Positions 52,677 through 64,000 of a stretch of 64,000 nucleotides of DNA are shown here, one piece after another. Each line of letters starts with the position of its first letter. The stretch's first letter is position 1. The translations under genes were made by a program, and so were the position numbers. Origin of the DNA: Lama guanicoe (lineage: Eukaryota); assembly GCA_013239625.1 (NCBI GenBank), contig MU054391.1, positions 870,001 through 934,000 of the forward strand, read 5' to 3'. Below the pieces are notes generated by a model. It made no database searches and was not told where the DNA came from. It saw nothing but the letters and a program-made list of their open reading frames with translations.

Positions 52677-53228
52677 AAGAAAGAAAGGCTGAACCAGAGC
52701 ATCGGGCAGTGGAGAGAGCCGGGTGTCTCAGCTGCCGAAGCTCTTGTTTCTGGAGCAAACCTCCAGGTCCAGAGACGCTCATTAAACCGAGCCTCAGCAG
52801 AGGAAGTGTTAATGGGCAGCAGTGAAGTGTGTCAGCAGAGGAAGAGACCCCGAGGGGCTCCATGTGGCACGGACAACCACAGCCCCCATTACTGTAAATC
52901 CTCTAAAAGACTCCACCCCCGCTTCCTGCAAGGAACCTCGAAGTAGAGGAAACACTCAGGCTGCTTTGCAAGCGGGATTTGAAGTAAGACAGCACACCGC
53001 TTCCTATGAAACACACAGGCAGCCTATGAAATGCAACCGTAACAGATTTTATTACTTTCCCTAAGAAGATCCAAACACATAAAGAACGGAACAATTCAAA
53101 AAGTACACACACGGAGCTAGAAAGGTTTTACATTTACCCTGAAAAATCAAGTTTGAAAAGTAGCATGAGAATGGGTACACTTTTTGTGTATCTGCATCTA
53201 GGATCGCTCATTTGGAGTTACTTTGTAG

Positions 53229-53421
53229 CTTTTTTTTATTGAAGTCGAGTTGGTCCACCATGTTGTGTTAGTTTCTAGTGTACAGCACAGTGATCCAGTC
53301 ACACATCTATGTTCTTTTTCATCGCAGGTTATCTCAAGCTATTGACTATAGTTTCCTGTGCTGTACAGTAGGACCCTGGTATCTATTTCGTATATAGCAG
53401 TTTTTATCTGCTAATTCCAAA
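53229..53421 (-). mobile_element. LINE-1 3' UTR terminal fragment
   Basis: Poly-T followed by attgaagtc...gtgtacagcacagtgat...cctgtgctgtacagtagg, homologous to 15841-16100. Confidence 0.88.
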
Positions 53422-54257
53422 TTTTAATCTATTATGCTTTCAACAAAAATTACGATTTATGGTTTCATTTAGAGCAGAACACAGCCAATGAGACTGAAAA
53501 GTCCTGAGGACAGCATGTTTTGTGGCCATTTTCTGTCTGCCAATACTCAACACGCACACACACGGACACACACACGCTCACATGCATACGCACACGTGCT
53601 GGAAACTCCTCAGCCCTGGGGATTCTCTTGCGGACAGTGCGGTTTGGAAACTTAACTCTTACGTGACAGAGGAAATGTCCCCACTCATCCTCACGTCAGG
53701 CTCGGCTCCCACAAACCGTCTAGACTCAGAGTGGGATGACACCACTGCCTTCCACAGCCTCGGTCCCACACTCTGACCCCCCGCGCTCGGAGTCAGAGCC
53801 CAGCCCTTGCGAGACGGAGGCATGTGCGCACCCCCCGAGGGTGCCAGCCTGGAGCTACGGCTGGTGAAGGTGGCGTCACTGCATCGGCCCCCGTTGTTTT
53901 AGCCCTGAAACCCGACCTTGCTTTCTCCTCCAGATTCTGTTAAGGAGGTTACGTACAGACTTGACACGATTGATTTTGAAATCGTAATATAGTGGCTTAA
54001 AACCAAAACTACTCTTTTCTCGAACTATTATTAAATACATGGGCTCCCAAGTTCATGCATTATTACTAGATTAGTGAGACCCTCCCTAGGCAGCACTGGT
54101 GGGAACATTTTTGGGGTCATGAGCCTCTCTGAAGTTCAGTTCTCTGACAATGATGGGGCTGGACTACAAATGTGAGATACTTCCTTTAGCTCCCAATACC
54201 AAAAAGCCGAGAGCGCCCAGTGCTGTGGTGCTGAGGGTGAGCTCCCCGCCAGTGGGT

Positions 54258-54313
54258 GGTGTGCACGGGCGGTGTGCACGGCAGTGTACACGGCGGTGTG
54301 CATGGGCAGTGTT
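54258..54313. repeat. Short tandem repeat, about 4 x 12-13 bp (GTGTGCACGGC[A/G])
   Basis: gtgtgcacgggcg gtgtgcacggca gtgtacacggcg gtgtgcatgggca gtgt. Confidence 0.8.
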
Positions 54314-54371
54314 CCCCACCACCTTGTGAACGCTCAGCTCTCCTCTGTGTTTGTTTATATGCCAGGTGTGC

Positions 54372-55089
54372 TTTTAGTTTTTTTTAATTTTAGTTTTTAT
54401 TGAAGTGTAGTTGATTTATGACATTAGTTTCAGGTGTACAGCCAAGTGATTCAGTTATACATATACACACACATGTATTTTCAGAGTCTTCCATTAGAAG
54501 TTGTTACAAGAAATTGAGTATTATTCCCTGTGCTACACAGTAGGTCCTTGTTTATTTATTTCATGTATAGTAGTGTGTCTATTAATCCCAAAGTCCTAGT
54601 TTATCTTTTCCCACCATTTTCCCTTTGGTAACCAGAATTTATTTTCTATGTCTGTGAATCTGTTTTTGGTTTGTAAATAGAATCTGTATAATTTTCTTTT
54701 AGATTCCACATATAAGTGATGTCATATGTTTGTCCTGTCTGACTTACTTCATTTAGAATGACCATCTCCAGGTCCATCCATGTTGCTGCAGATGGCATTA
54801 TTTCATTCTTTTTTATGGCTGAGTAGTATTCCATTGTATAAATATACCACAGCTCCTTTATCCGGTCACTTGCTGGTGGACAGATTTAGGTGGCTTCCAT
54901 GTCTTGTCTACTGTATATAGTGCTGCTGTAAACACTGGGGTGAACATATCTTTTCAAATTAGTTTTCTCTGGATGTATGCCCAGGACTGGGATTTCCGGA
55001 TTGTATGGCAAGTCTATGTTTAGTTTTTTGAGGCATCTCCAGTTTTCCATAATGACTGCACCAAACTCCCTTCCCACCAACAGTGCAGG
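54372..55089 (-). mobile_element. 5'-truncated LINE-1 (ORF2 C-terminus and 3' UTR)
   Basis: Peptides LHCWWEGSLVQSLWK, LKKLNIDLPYNPEIPVLGIHP and [32 protein letters not shown] occur in shifted frames. Confidence 0.95.
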
Positions 55090-56731
55090 TAATGTGGGCT
55101 AAGTGACACTAGGAATTCCTCTACGAATGCCTTTTTTTCCCAGAAGGGCTCCTGGGGCCGGCAGGACCCCGCTGGAGACGGGGGCAGTGTCGTCTGTCTG
55201 CTCCACGCTCTGCCCCGCTGGCCCTGGGGCAGGAGGGCTGGCTCCTGGTGACCTGCCCGGCCCGCGTTGGCACGCGGAGCTGTGGACGTCACCTCCCCGC
55301 TGTCAGTGCTTTCCCGAGGGCCTTGCAGTCAGAGGGACTTCTGATTGACTAAACTCTGCTCAGAGGGCACCGGCATGCGCTCTCCCGGCAGCCTGAGTCA
55401 CTGCTGTGGGCTCATCTGCCGGCGGCAGTGTTTCTGGCTTATTTTTTCCACCCCTAAAAGTTCTCCGGGAGATTGGCTAAAAGATGAGAGATGTTTTGAC
55501 AGTGCCTCTTCCTCAGACTTCTAACACTGAGCCCCGAGAGCCAGACAGCCCCGCCCCGCTCGGCTGGAAGGAGACCCTCCCCGGGGAGCTGACTGGGCGC
55601 CTCAGGCGGGCCTCCCGGACGGCATCCAAGGCCCCTGACCGGCCGTGCGGCTCTCTGCCCCCTGCCCCCGGGCTGTCTGGATGGGGAGATGCTCCTGAAG
55701 GTTTCTGCGCAGCTTGGCGGGCACCTCAGGGACGCACCGTGGCGTGTCACAGCCCCCATGCTGGGGGGCCCGGCCCTCGCCCTCACCTGGTCTCCACCGG
55801 TGCCCCACGGGCAGCGTGGACGCCGGGTCCCCTGCTCAGAGACGGGGTAGGGATGACGCGTCGCGTGTCTGCAGGGGGTCCCCGTCCCTCTCTCCTGCTT
55901 CCCTAGAGAGGGCTTTCCCTGGTCCTTCAGGGCCCCTCCCCGCAGGCGAGCTTCGTCTCAGATCGTGCTCACGAGGGGATAACTGGGCTCCAGCTTGGCT
56001 GGGGAACCGAGAAGACGTCCACTTCCGGTTTTTCAGAGTGAAGAGAAATGAGCCATCATGAGGCCGAGATGACACGGAAGATGAAGAGGAAACGTGTCCT
56101 AAGGGAAGAGGATGAGTGAGGACGCCTCAGAAGAAATGACCCAAGTCGGGGGAGAGGGTGCAGACGCTGAGGCCACTCTTCATTTTCCACACACACAGGT
56201 TTCTCGTGTGTGCGGCTCGCGTCTAACCCAGCACACGTTGCTCCGACGACTTCCATCGCCCAGAGGGCTGGGGTGCATTTCTGACAGTTAAGAAGGTCCG
56301 CTCTCCGCCCCGGACCCGGACTTCCCAGGCTCGCGTTCCTCCGAGATCTGCTGCGCGGTATCTCCCCGCAGAGCGCGGCCTTCAGCTGAACCTCTCGGCC
56401 AGGGGCCGTCGATCCCAGCCGCTTCCCGGGCAACGCGGAAGTGCCCCAGAAAACGCGGCTGCAGTCTGGGGCCTTTGCAGACAACACGTCGCCCGCGTGC
56501 TGCAGGCCGCAGCCTCCTCCTGTCGCTGGCCACCCCAAGCCTGGACCAAGAGCTACAGCGGGCAGTTCGTGGTTCTCAAAACTAACCATGTTCCCCACGG
56601 TGGCTTGCAGGGAGAGCTGGCAGGACCCCAACCAGGGGAGAGGACCTGGAGGCTGCAGCCTGCCACGGTGACGGGCAGGGGAGCCGACCCTGCCGGCTTG
56701 TGAGGAGCCAGGCAGTGTGATGAGCTTCAGA

Positions 56732-57014
56732 CACGCAGGCTCCAGCCTGACCACCCCCGCTCCTGGTGTCCCCCAGGCACGTTCAGTCACACAGGCTCCA
56801 GCCTGACCACCTCCGCTCCTGGTGTCTCCCAAACACGTTCTGGTCACGCAGGCTCCAGCCTGACCACCCCCGCTCCTGGTGTCCCCCAGGCACGTTCGGT
56901 CACGCAGGCTCCAGCCTGACCACCCCCGCTCCTGGTGTCCCCCAGGCACGTTCAGTCACGCAGGCTCCAGCCTGACCACCCCCGCTCCTGGTGTCCCCCA
57001 GACACGTTCCGGTC
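56732..57014. repeat. 56/57-bp minisatellite, 5 copies
   Basis: Unit cacgcaggctccagcctgaccacccccgctcctggtgtcccccaggcacgttcagt starts at 56732, 56788, 56845, 56901 and 56957. Confidence 0.97.
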
Positions 57015-59026
57015 CCATGCACACAGAGATGCAGTTCGATGCTGTATTGTGTATAGTCAAAAATGAAAACCCATCGGTGGTGGACCGGTTAGATCACTGT
57101 CACAGACAACTGAGGCTGGCCTGTGTGTGTTGACGGGCCAGGGCCACCACAAGGCAGAACAAAGTGATACAGGAGCTGTCTCAGAGCAGCAGGTGCGGCT
57201 CACCCCATCCACGCACAACAGTGCGAGTCAAGGGCCTGGTTACAGACTTTACGTTCCCACATGGACACATGTGGTACGTTCACATGTGGACACTGGTCAC
57301 AGCATGGACGAGCATTCAGAGTGGGCACAGCCCCAATGGATAACAGGGATTATCTTCGGGAAAAGCAGTGGACTTTGAGGACTAAGAAGGATTTTCACCT
57401 TTTGACTTGAGTAATTCTGTTTAATGCTTTGCCGCCAAAGTAAACTGATACATTTTATGTAACCAAAAACTAGAAGAAAATGATAATTATTTCAGCAATT
57501 ATGATTTTCAAAAGTTATGTATCAATTGCTGTAAAATGATGCACAGACTCAAGTTAAAAAATTATGCTTCCAAAGTCACACAGTAACTACAAGCAACTTG
57601 CACCCTCCGCAAACCCAGCCTGCTCGCCCCTCGCAGCACACATCTCTGGCTGTTTCTGCACCAATAAACAAGGCCACAAGCAAATCACATTTAGTCCAAT
57701 TAGATCATTCTAGCCCATTAGGGGAATTCTTCCAGATTAAGCAAAATAATACAGAAAAGCAATTAAACACGGAGACAGTTAAAACAAAGGCCGTCAGGGC
57801 TGTGTCAGGAAGGAGGGGCTGCTCTGACCGCGGTGCCTGGGCCCCAGGGCAGGGCCAGGGGGACCCCTGCAGCCTCGGCCACCACGCAGGTCAGCTGCGA
57901 GCCTGAGGCCACTCGTGGGGACCGTGAATTTATCGCCAAAGGTACAACAGCTCTTGGCCTCACCGGACACAACTGAACGTAGCCTTGTTGATCACTTAGC
58001 CCCTCCATTTTCGGAAGGGACCCTGAAATCTATAAGCTGAGTTGTCAGCCCAGAATTACATGGGAATAGTCGGGGGTCCAGGACAGGCCCCCACTCACAG
58101 AAACCGTCTTAGGGAAATCTAAGAATGTGTTTCTGTTAATCTTTATCAGCAATGCAGGCTTAGTGTTCAGGGCACCCGGACAAGCTGTTTGTGCGGCAGG
58201 TACGCAGGGACCAGCTCCACCACAGAGCAGGCTTCACATCCCTCAGTGTCACTTGTCAGGAGGCCTCGGGGGTGAATTCGGGAAACTGGGACCGAGCCCT
58301 CATGTGCACAGCCCCGCAGGCCGCTGGAGGATTTCGCCCCAGCACGGGTTACATCCGTCCCCCAAGGTTTTCAGGCTTGTGTCTGCTGCCCACCAGGGAA
58401 ACTGGAGGTGGCACTGAAATCAAATCTACCCAAGAGGCCAAGCCCCCGTAACCCCCAGCCATGGGCTCCCAGACATCAGCCCACCTCGGCTTGTCTCCTC
58501 AGAACCCCCGGCTCCACATCCCAGTCACCCCCAGCTCCTCCTCCATCCTGCGCCTCCTCCCGCCGTGTGCAAAGATCCCTGACCTTGGCTTCCATCACGT
58601 CAGACCACTGCTCCGTCACAAGTCTGCTCGACAGCCACAACAGCTCTTGTCGTCATAGTGTCCGACACGCGTGTCCCAACTCAAAGTCAGAAGCGCTTCA
58701 CGCACAAACACGTAGATTCTGTCCATTTCTCAGGTGAGGACGGTGGACTTCAGTCAGCGAGAGCTGTTGTTCCTGTTATAAAAGACGGTATGTTCCCTGA
58801 AGGCAGGGATCCCGTCCTTCATCTGTGAATCACCAGCGGTCAGAAGAGAGGGGATTTGTGAAGCGAATGAATTTTAATGACAACAGAATTAAGTATAGAC
58901 TGGGCTTGTGGTGACACCGGAGACAGTTACTATCCTGTGACCTCCTCATGTTTATACAGCAAGCACTCAGCACGTATTGCATACGCCTGAACCGTCTCCT
59001 GATCAGCTGGGAAAACACAAGCCATC

Positions 59027-59350
59027 TGTCTTAGTCTGAGCTGCTGTAACAAAACACCGTAAGGGGCGGGGAGGCTACCAACACCTGAGGCTTATTTCCC
59101 ACGCCCCGGAGGCCGGAAGGCTGGGATCGGGGTGCAGCACTGGGTGAGGGCGTCTCTGACTTGCAGACTCTTCCCTGTGTCCTTGCGGGACGGAAGGGGC
59201 CGGGAGCTCTCTGGGGTCTCTCATCGGGGCACTTTAATCCCATTATAATAAGGCTACATGCTCATGACCTCATCACCTTCCAAAGGTGATGCCATCACCT
59301 CGGGGGTTAGGATGTCAACCCGTGAACTGGGGCGGGGGGGAACAAAGCAA
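59027..59350 (-). mobile_element. MaLR solo LTR (MLT1-like)
   Basis: tgtcttagtctgagctgctgtaacaaaacacc...gagctctctggggtctct...ctcatgacctcatcacc...gggggttaggatgtcaac is the typical reverse-orientation MLT1 pattern. Confidence 0.8.
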
Positions 59351-59661
59351 CCACCTGTGTCCTGGAAGGCGTGGACGGAGCGCAAACCCACCCGGACCTG
59401 CTGCCTGTCTCGGGAGTGAGCGCGTGTGTCAGGGAGATAACACGCTGCAGGCGTGTGCGCCCACTCCCCGTCGCCCTCCTCACTCCCGGTGTCTCCGTGG
59501 ACTGAAGGACGCTATTAATTGCTCACTGAGCTCTGTAAAATGTGCCAGGGGTCCTGGGTAGAAGCCAGAACTGCAGCAGCACGCCCCTCTCAGGATGCAC
59601 GCGAGTCACCGTCTGTCACAGGTTACGACTGTAGAGCGTGACTTACACACGTCGTTAGTTC

Positions 59662-59834
59662 GGGGGGAGGGTGTAGTTCACGTGGTAAAGCGCATGCTTA
59701 AAAATGCGTGGAGTCCTGAATTCAATCCTCAGTACCTCCTCCAAGAATAAGTAAATAAACCTAATTACCTCCTCCCACCAAAAAATAGGAAGAAAAAAAT
59801 AAATGGAAAAGAAATTTTAAAAATGAATAAATAA
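59662..59834 (+). mobile_element. Full-length tRNA-derived SINE (camelid Vic-1-like) with decayed 15-bp target-site duplication
   Basis: ggggagggtgtagttcacgtggtaaagcgcatgctta...gtcctgaattcaatcctcagtacctcc plus tail. Flanks are acacgtcgttagttc (59647-59661) and atacatcatcagttc (59835-59849). Confidence 0.9.
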
Positions 59835-61014
59835 ATACATCATCAGTTCAACCTGAACTGCACGTTCAGGTTGCACGTTCCAGCTGGGAACTCTGACCTT
59901 GAGGGGCCGGCATCGTGCACCTCGCTCTTGACAGACGGCAGAGTGGACGTGCTGCGTCTTCCCAGAGGAGTGCCCAGGGCTGGGGGGTGCTCCCCGGTCC
60001 CTGGAACTCACAGCCGCTCATCTGGGGACTGGGGAGGCGCACACTGAGGAACGAGACTCCTTTTTTTTATAAATTTCAATTTAAAAATGTCTATGGATGT
60101 TAAATCTTTGCTGAATAATTTCACTTTTGGGGGTAAGAGGAAAGAAGTGGAAAAGAAGGAAATGAGGAAGGCAGGAAGGAGAGAGGGAGGGAGGGAAGGA
60201 AATAATCTGAACAATATTGGTCGAGCTAAACATGTTCACATTTTGAAAACTTGGAAAACACTGCTGTTACCCACCTATAGGAGGACCCCATAAGTCACTG
60301 TGTTTTGATATCATCAAATATAAAATTACTAATAATGGTAAACAAAGCGATAGATACATTTGCAGAGTAAACACATGTAAGTGCTCAAAAGACATGGCGA
60401 GTCTAACACAGAACAAAAGCCAAGACAGTGAGAGCGAGCAGATGATGAAAGCGAGCAGCTTGCTGACGGAGGGCAGGAGGAAACGGGACTTCACCCCGCT
60501 GGTGTTTATTTTTACGAAAAGGCACGTTTGAAATTATTCATTTTTAAATGGAGAGTCTAGGTGGCAAAGTAGTATGTTTTTTAACTTAAAAAATTTGAAG
60601 TTGTCTGGAAGAATACTTTTACAAACAGGGAATCTCCAGACACTCCAATTTACCCGACCTCCTGGGTTCAGACCCGGGCTCACCTCCTCCAGGCAGCGAG
60701 ACACGGGGCTGCTGCCCACACCCCACCCACCATGCAGATGTGAGCCGTGCCGGGACCGGGCCGCCCACCAGGCCCTGCGGGGCTTCCTCAGCCGCTGGCG
60801 GGAGGCTGGGCTCTCTCCTTGTGATGACATAGCCCACCCCTCCCCCGCAGCTGTGATCACAGGACTCCCAGCCTGACTCAGAGGGCAAGTCCTCACCACG
60901 CAGCCCCGCACCTGAGGTCCACGGGATGCCAGAGGGAGCCCGAGGGAGATGGCATGGCTCAGCACTGCAGTGAGAGGCCTAGCGACGGACACACGGGTCA
61001 CAGCCTGCCTGTCA

Positions 61015-61115
61015 CCACCTGGTGACTTTGCATTTTGTCATCTGTGAAATGGGAATGGTGCTGGTGATTGCATTTGCCTTAGAAGGGCCACAAGAAGGAT
61101 CACGTGAGACAGCAC
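61015..61115 (+). mobile_element. MIR core remnant
   Basis: ttttgtcatctgtgaaatgggaatggtg...gaaggatcacgtgaga matches the MIR core (ttcctcatctgtaaaatggggataat). Confidence 0.6.
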
Positions 61116-61203
61116 AGCTGCAGCATTTAGGGGTCCCTGCCATCCAGTCAGCTTTCCCGGAAACTGTCTTACAGGCATCCAATAAGCATTTTGTATCCAT
61201 TTC

Positions 61204-61453
61204 TGTCTCAGTCAGCTCAGGCCGCTGTGACAAAAATCCCACAGTGGGCTGAATGGCTGTCCTCTCGGTGGATCCGCATGCAGAGGGGAGCAGGAGGAAG
61301 CGAGTGCTCCTGTGTTGTTGTCAGGGCAGTAATCCCGACACAAGGGCCCCACCCTCCTGACCCCATCACCCCTCAAGGGCTCATCTCCAAATGCTACCAC
61401 ACAGGGGGTTGCAGTTTCAATAGATGCACTTGGGGGACAGTCAGGCCATAGCA
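61204..61453 (-). mobile_element. MaLR solo LTR (MLT1-like), internally deleted
   Basis: tgtctcagtcagctcaggccgctgtgacaaaaatcccacag...taatccc...gggccccaccctcctgacc...tctccaaatgctaccaca...ccatagca, with TG...CA termini. Confidence 0.8.
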
Positions 61454-64000
61454 GTGGCCAGTGAGCATGTCACCCTTATAAGGCTCCTTATAAAACGTAT
61501 GACTTCAGAAAATAATGATCGCAGAGGGACTGAAGGTGAGTTGGGGGGGGGGGGATTCGGGCATTTTGAACACGCAGAGTTTCTATCATACCCAGGAATT
61601 ACTTCATTAAAATTTACTAGTTGTTCAGTTCTTTATGCCTTTTTAAAACTTCTTCGTATTTTAAAAGCTCTGTACAACGTGAATGACTCAGAATAAATTG
61701 TATTGTGTGCAAATGTATTCATGTGACTGGTGCCACCGTGGGAGGGATGAGCCAGGCCTCCCTGAACCTGAACCCCACTTTCCTTCCTGGAGAGGAATTT
61801 CCCATCAGCCTTTGAAGCCAAGGTAGCACAACGCCCGAGAAGTACGAATCCTGACGGACAGACGTGGGGCAAGTCCCGCGAGCCTGTCTGAGGGTCGCAT
61901 TCACAGCTGGAGCCCCATCGCGCTCGTCACGGGACCTGCCCACCGCCCCCTCCCTTCCTCTTAGTCCTTGAGGAGCCTCAGGACTCTCCTTTTCACATCT
62001 CACAGGACATTTGCATCAATATCACAGAAGCAAAATCTACAATGAACAGATTGCCATACAATTCTACAGGGAGCAATTAAACTCGTACATTCCAGTTCTG
62101 AGACACTGTAAACTTCCAGTTACAAGTTAGCATCAGTACCTGTAGCGCAAACGGACCTCCACCTCGCTCTTCACTAGTCGATAAAAAGATCTCCAACTCG
62201 AATGAGGTAAAGCCCGCCCACAGCAAAGACCTTTCCACCAAAACAACTTGGCAAAAACAGCCGTTCCGCCCGCATTTGAATGTCTAGGTGATTTACTTAA
62301 AATAATCCGAAACTACTCTGAGGGGAAGAACAGGCAGGTGCTAGTAAGGTGATTTGCTTCATTCTTCTATTGGCTCGTAGGTAAATCCAACAGAAAAGCA
62401 GCCGCACAGAAGCAGCCAGCCTCCGTGGCTCTCACGGGAACAACGAGGAGGGCGTTCGCTGAGCACACAGGCGGGGCGTGAGGCACGGCAGGCCTGAGCG
62501 ACCGGCTTCCTCCCGAGGGAGGATTCGCCTGGCCCAGCCGGGTCGGGGTTCTGGGGGGGACCCGTGTGCACCTGTCCTGGAGCCACGGAGGCACAGCGGG
62601 TGGTCGGGGCAGGGCAAGGGGGGACGTGGGCTCTGAGGAGCCTCGTCACAGCATCCTCTGGTTCCTCTGAAATTGGCGTCCCTGAGCAGGGATCCACTTT
62701 GGTCTGCCTCACAACCGTTTGCCGTGTGTTAGTGTGTGCCCTGTGGACTGCGCCTCCAGGTCACCGGTGTGGAAGCAAGGGAGGGTGTGTGCAGTCACAG
62801 CAGTCACGTCAGAGGCACACTGGTATGTCAACCTATTTGTTGGTAAATAAGCTTGTGAAGAACCTTGTCTTATACGTCACGCAGCCATTTTTAATGCCCA
62901 TTTGTACAGTAAAACCCAATGGACACGTGTCAACCTTTTGAGTGTATTTGTATAAAAATGAAAAAAGTTAAAGAAACGACAACCAGTTTGTACCGTCATA
63001 CACTTAAAATTTCTTTGTGGTGGAAAAAAAATTGAAAGTGAGGACAGACAAGTGACCCATCCAAGGCCACACAGCAGGCTCTGACCCAGGTCTCAGGACG
63101 TTAAGTCCCTTCCACCGTGTGCTCAGCGCATCCACGGTGACGTGTGCTCACAGCGAGCCACTGGGAGATGAAGGGCTGCCTGACTGTGCATGTGACAACA
63201 GCAGTGATGGAATGTGGGCCCAGCAGGTACGGCACACATGCTAGGAAACGCTGAACCGCATGGGATGACTATCTACACGGCACAGGGATGCAGGTGATGC
63301 TGGAGTCAGCCGGCGTCTGGAAGACGTGACATGGAGGATCCTCGCACTCCCTGATCTGCTCTGGCTCTGTTCCTCACGAACTTTATGACCTTGGACAAAG
63401 CTCCAGTCCAGGGGCAACTCTGATCATGCTTAAATACCAGGCTCAGCTGGGTGGCCTCCGTGGCCCTGCCAGCCCGAGACTGCGGAGGGCTGCAGCTGAA
63501 GCACCCCTCTCCACAGCGAGCTCTAATCCGCACAGTGGCACTTGGCTAAGTTCGTTTAAAGTTATGCGCACATTTTAAGCGATGCACCTGATAGACAAAA
63601 CAAAGTGTGTCTTTTCCTGTCTGGAAAGTCCCCTTCTATTGAATTTATTTTTATTTGCTCCCGATCCTCCCTCTTTTGAGAAACAAGGAAGGAAGTTTTT
63701 TTTAAAGGTATTACCCAGACTTGGCCTTAATGCCCCCAGAGAGCAAACCCCTAATCACAGAATCTACCGTGTTTCTGGACAGAGACAGAAGGCAGAACAG
63801 GTTGCAGGCACAAGTCCTTCATGTCAAAGCAAATGTCAGAGGAAAAGCTCTGGTATTTGGTCGCGGGCTCCCCTCTCTCACAGGCATTTCCTAAATCCAC
63901 GTTTGATGAGCTCGCCCCGCCATCAATCCTGCCCGTTCCCTCTGGAGCCGTGCCCAGCGCGCTTCATGGAAATGTCACCGTCCAGGACGGCCATTACTGG

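Noticed and set aside
56056..56949. 297-aa minus-strand ORF, the longest in the window
   Set aside because: Its first third is the translated 56-bp minisatellite and the remainder has no recognisable homology
56732..57014. CRISPR-like array
   Set aside because: Contiguous tandem units without unique spacers, no cas genes, mammalian context
59662..59740. tRNA gene (also 19249-19303)
   Set aside because: The tRNA-like head is degenerate and joined to an AT-rich SINE tail with a TSD, so it is a SINE
63531..63553. Resemblance to miR-27 (cacagtggc...taagttc)
   Set aside because: Interrupted by 7 extra bases and no complementary precursor arm is visible

Overview
This is GC-rich, CpG-rich mammalian genomic DNA, not prokaryotic. 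The tRNA-derived SINEs with an AATAAACCTAATTACC-type tail and the LINE-1 3' ends look camelid-like, which is an inference from repeat sequence only. I could not recognise any host protein-coding gene. The only ORFs with recognisable homology are LINE-1 ORF2 fragments; the rest of the ORF track is best explained as chance open frames in GC-rich or repetitive DNA. The window reads like a large intron or 5' regulatory region. It holds three CpG-island/promoter-like segments (about 17.5-18.7, 28.9-29.2 and 44.9-45.4 kb) and several weak minus-strand exon candidates. Mobile elements include young and old LINE-1 pieces (one 5'-inverted, with a SINE-type tail), two tRNA-SINEs, MIR, L2 and MaLR remnants. 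Tandem repeats include two minisatellites, several microsatellites and a near-perfect 233-bp duplication. I found no convincing novel biological system. The best leads are a possible array of alternative minus-strand first exons, the compound L1/SINE insertion, the G4-adjacent duplication and signs of GC-biased substitution. All coordinates were read by eye, and old-repeat boundaries are approximate.
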